Source: Candidatus Cloacimonadaceae bacterium
GTDB taxonomy: Bacteria; Cloacimonadota; Cloacimonadia; Cloacimonadales; TCS61
NCBI GenBank assembly: GCA_942491655.1
Contig: CALOBL010000006.1
Coordinates: 98,126-162,125 of the forward strand
Length of the DNA stretch: 64,000 bases
Direction of reading: 5' to 3'
Made by a program: the position numbers and the translations under genes. The notes beneath the pieces were generated by a model that was not told the DNA's origin, searched no databases, and saw nothing but the letters and a program-made list of their open reading frames with translations. Positions 55,604-64,000 of the stretch are shown piece after piece. Positions within the stretch are counted from its first letter, which is position 1, and each line of letters starts with the position of its first letter.

Positions 55604-55679
55604 TTATTCACGGGTTTTTATAATTTAGAATATTAACAAAGCTCAATTGGAATTCAATCTGTATTGTTATTTTTTCTCT

Positions 55680-56480
55680 TCTGCCCCTTGATCCTTGATC
55701 TTTGGTCCAACCATGTTCTATCTTCCACCTTCTATCTTCCATCTACTCTCTACTGTCTACGACCTTCTATCTTCTGCCTTCCCTCTACTGTCTTACAACT
55801 CTTTGATGTTCCAGTAAAGATTCGAATGAACAGGTAAAGGAATATTGAGAGATTTCCTTCAGTCTAATTCCAGACTTCAATACGATACTAAATCTGTCGG
55901 AGTTAACAGATAATCTTCTTCTTCTTTAAGGTCCAAAATTCCGCAAATATCTTCTAATGTCTTCCGTCTTCAATGCTTTCAGCATTCTAGCAGTCTACTG
56001 TCAGTCAACTGTACATACAGACCTTCTATGCTTCTGCCTGATCCCTCTACTGTCTTCAAACTGTAACCTTTGCGAAGGTCTCTTACATTGAAACGATTCG
56101 TCGCAGTAGCCGGACATAGTCCGCAAGTTTCTGATATACTTCCGTCTTTCGTCTACTCTCTAAACCCTCGAATCTTTTTCTGAAGGTTGGATCTTCGATG
56201 CCTATAAATTCATCAAGATACTATTCCGAAGGTTAGAAATCTTTAGTAATTATAGATAATTATATGCTGATCCCTTCGTACCTCTCGACAAAAAAGCTCC
56301 TGCCTCCGTTCGAGTATTTATACTGAAAATACCGTCAAGTAAGACAGGATGCACAGAAATTCAAGGACAGATTTTATCGATAAAAATTTCATATTTTTCT
56401 TCATGTTCTTTTATATTTTTTCTTCCGTCTACACTCTACCCTCTACCTTCCATCTTCCTCCTACCCCCTACCGTTTAGCC
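55680..56480 (+). repeat. Pyrimidine-rich (C/T) tract array with recurrent TCTAC-containing motif (family H)
   Basis: Motif instances include gtctactctc, tctactgtct, gtctacgacc, ctctactgtct (x2), gtctactgtca, gtctactctct and gtctacactctaccctctacc. A ~40-nt unit gaccttctat(g)cttctgcct..ccctctactgtctt.aaact occurs at about 55762-55800 and about 56020-56062. A reverse-complement relative lies at 15708-15745. Confidence 0.65.
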
Positions 56481-56580
56481 TGGTAAAAATGGTTCGCATT
56501 TTCAAAATTTCATAAAGATGCTTTACACATTTTAGAAAAAATAGATCAAGTAACCTCAAAATAAATTTAAAGAAAATATT

Positions 56581-57480
56581 ATGAATGAATTCTTCCAGAA
56601 GATCATACCAGTCATCCTCATCTTCTTTTTGGGGATTTTACTCAAAAAGATCAAAGTGCTTAGGAACAGTGATAGCGATCTGCTGCTCAAACTGGTTTTC
56701 TATGTCTGCCTGCCATCTCTCACTATTGTTTCTACCCAGAAAGTGATCCTGGTCTGGCAACACCTTTACATCCCAGCCATACCTATTGTAATTGTTATCT
56801 TTACTTATTTCCTTTCTTACATCATCAGTAGCTGCCTCAAGATCAGCCGTCAGACTAAAGGTACCTTCATGGTCGGTTCCATGATCATGAATACTGCCTT
56901 CGTTTTCCCCTTCGTTCTATCAGCTTATGGCGAGAAAGGCTTTGCCTTTGCCACGATCTTTCAGTTCGGTACCGGACTCTCCATTTTTACCTTCATTTAT
57001 TACATCGCCATGCGTCACTCTCCTCAGGCCGGGAAAGGGATCAAACTAAAGAAATTTTTACTGCTGCCCCCCATCTGGGCCCTTGTCAGCGGTATAATTC
57101 TCAATCTCAGTGGAGCAGGACTTCCCGCTCTTCTGGAAAATTTCTTCCAACTGCTGGGGCTCCCCACCATTCCACTGGTCATGCTCTCTCTCGGGGTATA
57201 TTTCAAACCCAGAGCTAAAAACATCAATCGCATCCTGCTGGTCTTTATGATCCGCATCCTGGGCGGTTTTCTTGTCAGCATGTTCCTCACTTCGTTGCTG
57301 CAGATCGAAGGTATGATCCGAACTGTAATCGTCCTATGTGCCTCGGCTCCGGTTGGCTATAACACCCTCGTTTTTTCTACCCTGGAGAACCTGGATAAGG
57401 AGTTTGCCGCCAATCTTGTCTCCATTTCCCTCATTCTGGGTATGGTCTATATTCCATTGCTGGTTTTTCTTTTAGGTTAA
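56581..57480 (+). CDS. AEC (auxin-efflux-carrier / Mem_trans) family transporter
   Basis: 299 aa with about 10 TM helices and the typical AEC N-terminus (IIPVILIFFLGILLKK). Confidence 0.8.
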   Translation: MNEFFQKIIPVILIFFLGILLKKIKVLRNSDSDLLLKLVFYVCLPSLTIVSTQKVILVWQHLYIPAIPIVIVIFTYFLSYIISSCLKISRQTKGTFMVGSMIMNTAFVFPFVLSAYGEKGFAFATIFQFGTGLSIFTFIYYIAMRHSPQAGKGIKLKKFLLLPPIWALVSGIILNLSGAGLPALLENFFQLLGLPTIPLVMLSLGVYFKPRAKNINRILLVFMIRILGGFLVSMFLTSLLQIEGMIRTVIVLCASAPVGYNTLVFSTLENLDKEFAANLVSISLILGMVYIPLLVFLLG

Positions 57481-57515
57481 AGTCTTTCAGGCAGGAAGCC
57501 CCTACGGGAGGTTAA

Positions 57516-58788
57516 GTGAAAATTAATCTGGCTTACGGAAAAGAAACACAAAATGTTAAGGTGAATCCTGACACTACCGCTGTGATCTCGCTGCCCGGTG
57601 CTAAACAAGCTGCCCCATTGTCAGAAATAACCGCCGCTGCGTTAAATAATCCTACTGGATCAGCATCAATAAAAGATTTTCTGCAAAATTGCCGCACCTT
57701 GCTGGTAATTGTTAATGACAGTACAAGGGGCATACCTTCAGCTCAATTGCTGGAACATCTTTACCCCCACTGGCAGCATCTGGAAGTAAAATACATTGTT
57801 GCGACAGGAGCCCATCGTCACTCCACAGAATTAGAACTTGAAAAAATATTCGGCTCGATCTATCACACATCCAGAAAAAACATCTACATACATGACGCAG
57901 AAAATGATGAAATGACAGAATTCGGTGTAACCAGCTTCGGTACTCCTGTAAAATTTAACCGTATCATCACAAAAGTGGATAAGATCATTAACCTTAATTC
58001 AGTTGAACCACACTATTTTGCCGGCTATACCGGCGGCCGTAAAAGTTTTCAACCCGGTATTGCTGCTTATCAGACAATCGAAATCAATCACTCTCTGGCT
58101 ATGCAGCCGGGATCTTCCCTGCTTGAACTGCAGGGCAACCCTGTTCACGATGATATGATGGAAGCGGTTGAAATGATAGAGAAGGAGATTTTCTCGATCA
58201 ATACGGTTTTGAACAGTAAAAATGAAATAATTGCTGCTGTTGCCGGCAACTGGAAAAATTCCTTTTATGAAACAGTTAAAATTGCTGAAAAGATTTTTCT
58301 CCAACCTTGTTCAATCAGGCAGACATAGTCATTGCGGTCGTCCGACCTCCTTTGGATGAAGATCTTTATCAGGCTCAGAAAGGCATTGAGAATTGTCGGA
58401 AAATCCTGAAAAAAAATGGTATCCTGATCCTGGTAGCTGCCTGTCCGGGCAGGGATCGGGAAAGACAAGTTCTATCAGCTGTTCAGCTCCTGTCAGTACG
58501 CCTCAGGAAGTATTCAAACAGCATTGCGGAATCCTATAAGCTGGGTTACCATAAAGCTGCCAGGCTGGCAGAATTCACTATCGATCACCAGCTCTGGATG
58601 GTTACAGATATTCCGCGAACTCTGTTGGATAAAATCAACATAAGTAAATTTACTTCAGTTCATACAGGCTCTGGATGATGCGTTCTCACTCAAAGGGAAA
58701 AAGCCGGATTATTATCAATCAGGATGCCGGTATGCTGGTTCCTGTAAGCCTGGAAGGGCTTGAAAAAATAATTTCTGCCCCATTATAA
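57516..58788 (+). pseudogene. LarA-like (DUF2088, nickel-pincer 2-hydroxyacid racemase family) gene with ~6 frameshifts
   Basis: GTG start after GGAGG. The N-terminal ORF has LarA motifs (VNDSTRGIPS, ATGAHRHST, GYTGGRKS). The C-terminal half can only be read by hopping frames. Reconstructed pieces: ADIVIAVVRPPLDEDLYQAQKG..LVAACPG / AGIGKDKFYQLFSS / TPQEVFKQ / IAESYKLGYHKAARLAEF...KFTSV / QALDDAFSLKGKKPDYY / INQDAGMLVPVSLEGLEKIISAPL*. Confidence 0.7.
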
Positions 58789-58951
58789 TTGCACTATAAG
58801 CTAAACTAAACCTATAGGGGCATGTCTGGTGTTACAGCGTGCCTCATGAGGAGTAAAGACAGTTTTTTGCTTTACACATTTACTAACCCAGAAAATTGTT
58901 ACCCCATATTAAAGATTGAAGTTAAATTGTATTAAAAAACAGGAGTTAATA

Positions 58952-60516
58952 ATGAAAATTTCTGAGAAAATAGAGGCTTTAGCAAAAAAAGAAGCTAAAA
59001 TTAAAGAAATGGGCGGCGAAACCAGAATTACTAAACAGCACGATAAAGGTAAACTGACCGCCAGAGAAAGACTGGATCTGCTTTTTGATGCAGGATCATT
59101 CCGCGAGATCGACATGCTGGTAAAACATAGATCAACCAATTTTAATATGCCGGAAACAGAGATACCTTCGGATGGAGTTGTTACAGGGCACGGTTTGGTT
59201 AACGGGAAACCGGTATTCGCTTATGCCCAGGATTTTACCTCCCGCGGTGGCTCACTGGGAGAAAAACATGCCGGTAAGATAGTCAAAATTATGGATCTGG
59301 CTATGAAAGCCGGTGTTCCCATCATCGGAATGAATGATTCCGGTGGAGCCAGAGTCGAGGAAGGAATTGATTCACTGAAAGGTTATGGAGATATTTTCTT
59401 CCGCAATTCCAGAGCTTCCGGTGTAATTCCCCAGATCTCAGTAATTATGGGACCTTGTGCCGGTGGCGCAGTTTATTCTCCTGCTATGACAGATTTTATT
59501 CTGATGGTGGAAAAAACAGCTCACATGTTCATCACCGGACCTTCCGTAATTAAAACAGTTACCGGTGAGGAAACCGATTTCGAAGAGCTGGGCGGTGCCA
59601 TGACTAATAACGCCAGAAGCGGTAATGCTCATTTTGCCTGTGAAAGCGATGAAGCAGCTATCGAACAGGTTAAACTGATCCTCAGCTATCTTCCAGATAA
59701 TAATCTGGAAGATCCTCCTTTCCAACATTCCTGGTAACAGATGATCCAGCCAGATTGTGTCCTGAACTTGGATACGATTATCCCTGATAATCCTAAAGCT
59801 GGTTATGATATGAAAAATGTAATCCAGTCAGTTTTTGATAATGGTGAATTCTTTGAAATTCATGAATATTATGCTCAGAATGCAGTCATTGGTTTGGCCG
59901 GTTGAATGGCAGACCGGTAGGAATTATTGCCAATCAACCGATGGTTTTGGCTGGCTGTCTGGATATTAATGCTTCCGATAAAATCTCACGTTTTATCCGT
60001 TTCTGTGATGCCTTTAATATTCCATTATTGGTTCTAGAGGACGTACCAGGCTTTTTACCTGGTACGGATCAGGAATGGAATGGTATTATACGACATGGAG
60101 CAAAATTGTTCTGGAGTTATTCGGAAGCCACTGTTCCTAAATTGAATGTTACTACCCGAAAAAGTTATGGTGGTGCCTACATCGCCATGAGTTCTCAACA
60201 CCTGGGAAATGATATGGCTTTTGCCTGGCCCTCAGCTGAAATTGCTGTAATGGGTGCTCAGGGAGCTGTGAATATAGTTTCCAGTTATAAACGGAACGCA
60301 ATTAAAGAAGCCAAAGATCCGGAAGCAAAACGACAGGAACTGATCAAAGAATACGAAGCTAAATTCAATACACCTTATATTGCAGCAGAAAGAGGCTATA
60401 TAGATGCAGTGATCAAGCCGGCTGAGACAAGATTGAGGCTTATCGACGCCCTTGAGATCATGTATACCAAGAAAGATATTCTGCCAGCAAAAAAACACGG
60501 AAATATTCCACTTTAA
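58952..60516 (+). pseudogene. Second acyl-CoA carboxyltransferase (12S/PccB type), paralog of mmdA, with at least 3 frameshifts
   Basis: AGGAG RBS then ATG 58952 (MKISEKIEAL...). The paralog aligns throughout with 51902..53452. The segment TDDPARLCPEL / [43 protein letters not shown] / [14 protein letters not shown] needs shifts near 59725-59745, 59768-59775 and 59895-59905. Confidence 0.8.
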
Positions 60517-60524
60517 GAGATAAT

Positions 60525-60716
60525 ATGAAAGACAAAACAAAAAAACTTAAAGCTGCCATGATGGGAGTGATTTATTTCCTGCAGCAGGAAGAAGAGCAAA
60601 GAGATGATTCCGCGATAACACCTGGTCCCGCTCCAGCATGGGGACATTATGCAGATAAAGAATATGCGTACACAAGATGCTTTGGTCAACGACTGGCAGA
60701 GAAAATAATTAATTAA
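60525..60716 (+). CDS. Small hypothetical protein resembling the soluble tail of OadG-like subunits
   Basis: 63 aa between the 12S-like and 5S-like genes. LKAAMMGVIYFLQQEEEQ...ITPGPAPAW resembles IIAAITTVYLHELEAEE...LTW of 53463..54059. This is weak, by-eye evidence only. Confidence 0.3.
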   Translation: MKDKTKKLKAAMMGVIYFLQQEEEQRDDSAITPGPAPAWGHYADKEYAYTRCFGQRLAEKIIN

Positions 60717-60731
60717 AGACGGAGGAAATAA

Positions 60732-62338
60732 ATGACTTTTGATAAACACGGCGTTTTGGAAATGACCAAAATGAATTACGATCCAAATCGACCCAAAGCA
60801 AAAAATCCCATTAAGATTCAAGACTTAAGTTTCAGAGACGGACATCAATCACTTTTTGCAACTCGTGGCAGAACTGAAGATATGCTGCCTGTAGCAGAAA
60901 TGATGGATGATATCGGTTTTTATTCCTTGGAAATGTGGGGTGGAGCTACATTTGACACGATGCATCGCTATTTGAACGAAGATCCCTGGGAAAGAATTAG
61001 AACCTTAAAAAAACACATAAGAAAACACCTTTTTCTATGCTGCTGCGTGGACAGAATGTTGTAGGCTACCGAAATTATGCTGATGATGTTGTGGAAGCTT
61101 TCGTACAGAGCAAGTGATAATGGCATCGATATTTTCCGTGTTTTTGATGCTCTCAACGATTTCCGTAATTTCCAAACTGTTGTAAAAGTGATCAAAAGGA
61201 ACAACAAACATTTCCAGGGAACGATCTGCTATTCTCTCACAGAACCCCGCATGGGTGGAGAAACTTATAACCTGGATTATTATTTGAAGAAAGCCAAACA
61301 GTTGGAAGAACTTGGTGCTGATACGATCTGCATTAAGGATATGGCAGGGCTCATGGTGCTCCTTATGATGCCTATAATCTAGTTAAGGCTCTAAAAGAAC
61401 TTACTGATATTCCAATCCATCTTCATACACACTTCACTTCCGGGATGGGAGATCTTACACTTTTCAAAGCAATTGAAGCAGGTGTGGACATCATTGATAC
61501 ATGCATGGCACCTTATGCCTACAGAACTTCTCATCCTGCTGTGGAGCCTCTTGTTATCTCACTTCTGGGAACAAACCGCGACACTGGATTAGATATCAAA
61601 AAGCTGGCTGAGATTGGCAAAGAAATGGAGAAGATCATTCCAAAATACAAACATTTTGCCAATAATACAAAATTCAGCATCATCGATACAAATGTGATCC
61701 TGCACCAAACTCCGGGAGGTATGCTCTCCAACCTGGTTAATCAACTGAAACAGATGGATGCTCTTGATAAATTAGATGAAGTTTTCGAAACATTACCAAA
61801 AGTTAGAAAAGAACTCGGTCAGGTTCCATTAGTTACACCCACAAGTCAGATCGTTGGTATTCAAACGGTTAATAATGTTTTGTTCGATAAAGATGAAGCA
61901 TATTCCAATATTACGGAACAGGTGAAAGACCTTTGTTTTGGATTGTATGGCAAGACAACACTTCCCATTGATGAAAAGGTACGTAAGAAAGCTTTAAAGG
62001 GATATCCACGTGGTGAGACTCCCATAACTAAACGACCTGGAGATCTACTCGAACCTGAACTTCCAAAAGTAAAGAAGGAATTTAAGGGTCTGGCTAAAAA
62101 CATAGATGATGAAATACTTTGTGCATTATATCCTGTTACAGGAAGAAAATTCTTAAGCTACAAATATGGTCTGGAAGAAGTTCCAGATGATGTGAAACCA
62201 AAAACTCTGGAACAAGTGGAAGCAGAAGATGAACTAGTTCGTAAAGCACTTTCCGGGGAACTGACTGTCAAAAAAGATAAACCAGCTAATACTAGAGCCT
62301 TTGACGTTTATGTGGATGGCCAGGAGTTCAGAAAATAA
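60732..62338 (+). pseudogene. Oxaloacetate decarboxylase alpha / transcarboxylase 5S-type carboxyltransferase (HMGL-like TIM barrel, no biotinyl domain) with at least 3 frameshifts
   Basis: [19 protein letters not shown]...WGGATFD in frame 1. [30 protein letters not shown] in frame 2. [17 protein letters not shown]...ICIKDMAGL in frame 3. APYDAYNLVKALKELTDIPIHLHTHFTSGMG... runs to the stop in a further frame. Shifts lie near 61010-61035, 61100-61115 and 61345-61365. Confidence 0.8.
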
Positions 62339-62545
62339 ATAAAAAAGAAATATAAAATAGCCACCTTTTTCATTCCTGTCATTCACTCATTGGTGGTAAA
62401 AAAACTGTTTTGTTTATTCCAGAGGATAAACGGGACAAGCAGTTCGAGGTACTATTGATGGCTAATTTAAGGTTTCCAGTAGTTGATGGTATACATCAAG
62501 GTATAAATGATCCGGTAATTATATTAGTAGAAACATTATGGGTTC

Positions 62546-62652
62546 CAAAACAGGAACTGTTATGCAACAGTTTAAAAGTTTAGGAACCAGCGGATCCTGT
62601 TATTCAGCCCTGTTATCCAAAAGGGTAAACAGGTTAAAAGTTTAGGAACCAG
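62546..62652 (+). repeat. Repeat family F, copy 2 (internally duplicated)
   Basis: aaaacaggaactgttatgcaacagtttaaaagtttaggaaccag + cggatcctgttattcagccctgttatccaaaagggtaaacaggttaaaagtttaggaaccag. Confidence 0.7.
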
Positions 62653-62739
62653 TATCAACAGGGAGTATGGGAATCAGCATCGAAAGTTATGCAGTCTGTG
62701 AAATTCTCTGTGCTTCTTTGGGTCATTGCTTCTGAGGTC

Positions 62740-63528
62740 TTACTCTACTATTTTATCCAGCCAGTAGCTGTTGATGAATTTATAATTCTTTTTCAGTTTA
62801 CTGCCCACCAAGTCTGCTTCCGCCTTACTGTAAGGGTCTACAAGTCTTAACCTATAATAAGTGGTTCCATCCTTATTAAATTCAATGACCTTCAGCTTAT
62901 ATCCTTCCGATTCCAGAAATTGTTTGGTAGTCTCAATTTTTTCCAGTTCAGTATTTGCCATGATCTGGATCTCATATCTGATGACATCGGGTCGGACAGG
63001 AGGTGTTAATGGTTTTTCCTCAACATCTTTGCTTATTTCAGGTTCTGTAGTTTCTTCAGCTAGAAATTCTTCGGATATTTCTTCTGATTTGCCATCTGAG
63101 ATTTTTTCGATCCAGTATGAATGAATTTCGTCGTATTTATCTTTGATCTCTTCACCCAGCAGAATTGCATCTTCCCGGGTCAGCTGTTTGTCTATGATTA
63201 AAGAATAAATTAGTTTGTTTGCTCTTTTTGATTCTTTTATCTTAACTGGAAAACCATTCAAACTCATTAATTCCTTGTTGTTAAGAACAATATTCTTGTC
63301 GGTCGAGATCATTACGCAGGTTTCATAAAGTTCAGCAGCGGAAGCAGTCGTTGAATCTGCAGCCAACTGTCCTGCTCCAGCTTCTACTGAGAGAGAATCT
63401 GACTTTTTAGCTTCAGCTCTTTTATTCGAAAGCTGATAGGTGATATTGGCAAACATTAAAGCTAAAACTATTGAAGCTACCCCAATCAGTAGAATCAGTA
63501 TGTTTCTTGTATACTTATTGTCTTCCAT
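62740..63528 (-). CDS. Membrane-anchored SPOR-domain protein
   Basis: 262 aa. N-terminal TM anchor (ILILLIGVASIVLALMF). The C-terminal segment IRYEIQIMANTELEKIETTKQFLESEGYKLKVIEFNKDGTTYYRLRLVDPY is SPOR-like. An earlier, weaker SPOR-like repeat is also present. Confidence 0.7.
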   Translation of the reverse strand: MEDNKYTRNILILLIGVASIVLALMFANITYQLSNKRAEAKKSDSLSVEAGAGQLAADSTTASAAELYETCVMISTDKNIVLNNKELMSLNGFPVKIKESKRANKLIYSLIIDKQLTREDAILLGEEIKDKYDEIHSYWIEKISDGKSEEISEEFLAEETTEPEISKDVEEKPLTPPVRPDVIRYEIQIMANTELEKIETTKQFLESEGYKLKVIEFNKDGTTYYRLRLVDPYSKAEADLVGSKLKKNYKFINSYWLDKIVE

Positions 63529-63656
63529 TTGAACTCCTCAGGTAAAACACAAAATATTCAGCCGGATATTTTTAGCAATAAAAAATTTTCTTTTACAAAA
63601 TTTTCATTTTTTTATATAAGCCTTTAGATGTGTTGAACCTTAAATAAGGAGATATT

Positions 63657-64000
63657 ATGGCTGATAAACTATTTCTGATCGATGGAACTGCAATAATTTA
63701 CCGGGCATTTTTTGCTTTTATCAGGAATCCTTTGATCAACAGTAAAGGACAGAACACCGGTGCGATCTTCGGCCTGGTTAATACCATGCTGAAAATGATC
63801 GAGAAATATAATATAAGAAATATTCTAGTCTCTTTCGATCAAAAGGAAAAGACCTTCCGGCATAAAATGGACGAAGCTTATAAAGCCAACCGCCCGCCTG
63901 CTCCGGACGACCTGGTTGCCCAGATCGAACCGATTAGGGAATTTTTCCGGGCAATCAATATACACGAGGTCTCAATTTCCGGATTTGAAGCAGATGATGT
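63657..64000 (+). CDS. polA: DNA polymerase I, 5' end (5'-3' exonuclease domain); continues beyond the window
   Basis: Not in the ORF track (no stop in window). GGAG RBS then ATG 63657. MADKLFLIDGTAIIYRAFFAFIRNPLINSKGQNTGAIFGLVNTMLKMIEKY...AYKANRPPAPDDL is the PolI N-terminus. Confidence 0.9.
   Translation, partial: MADKLFLIDGTAIIYRAFFAFIRNPLINSKGQNTGAIFGLVNTMLKMIEKYNIRNILVSFDQKEKTFRHKMDEAYKANRPPAPDDLVAQIEPIREFFRAINIHEVSISGFEADD

Noticed and set aside
1-64000. Mobile genetic element, prophage or defence island
   Set aside because: No integrase, transposase, recombinase, phage structural gene, toxin-antitoxin pair, restriction-modification gene or known defence-system gene was recognised. 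The repeats are short (under 150 bp) and lack coding capacity.

Overview
This is a 64-kb AT-rich bacterial chromosomal segment. Genes are led by Shine-Dalgarno sites. I recognised no rRNA, tRNA, CRISPR array, transposase or integrase.

Gene content, left to right:
- **1-15.3 kb, minus strand:** a row of sensory genes with about 25 PAS domains. It holds a BvgS-like periplasmic sensor fragment, a histidine kinase with a DUF1638-like N-terminal domain, a URO-D-type methyltransferase, a cobalamin-binding corrinoid protein and four PAS-only proteins.
- **16.2-22.4 kb:** a padR-tolC-MFP-RND efflux operon.
- **22.5-36.3 kb:** housekeeping genes (esterase, glpK, yhbY, macro-domain protein, pgi, ATP-cone kinase, pmbA/tldD, UPF0316) plus a 1312-aa S8 protease with a T9SS C-terminal sorting domain.
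- **37.2-43.7 kb:** a 1472-aa C25 gingipain-like protease and a LamG protein, both with T9SS sorting domains.
- **44.5-51.4 kb:** corA, a PLP enzyme/DUF1611/dipeptide-epimerase trio, and small enzymes (ypeA-like GNAT, SAM methyltransferase, GrpB, C_GCAxxG_C_C, TrmO).
- **51.9-55.6 kb:** an intact Na+-pumping methylmalonyl-CoA decarboxylase operon.
- **56.6-62.3 kb:** an AEC transporter, then LarA-like, 12S-carboxyltransferase-like and 5S/OadA-like genes that are all broken by several frameshifts.
- **62.7-64 kb:** a SPOR protein and the 5' end of polA.

Main points for follow-up:
1. The corrinoid protein, methyltransferase and DUF1638-kinase module looks like an undescribed cobalamin-dependent signalling input.
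2. Unusually long ORF-free intergenic regions (about 9% of the window) are built from at least eight families of short mosaic repeats. One is a hairpin with compensatory base-pair changes between copies.
3. Indel-only gene disruption is strongly non-uniform along the window.

The gene content fits an anaerobic fermenter related to the FCB group, possibly Cloacimonadota-like. That taxonomic guess is unverified inference.
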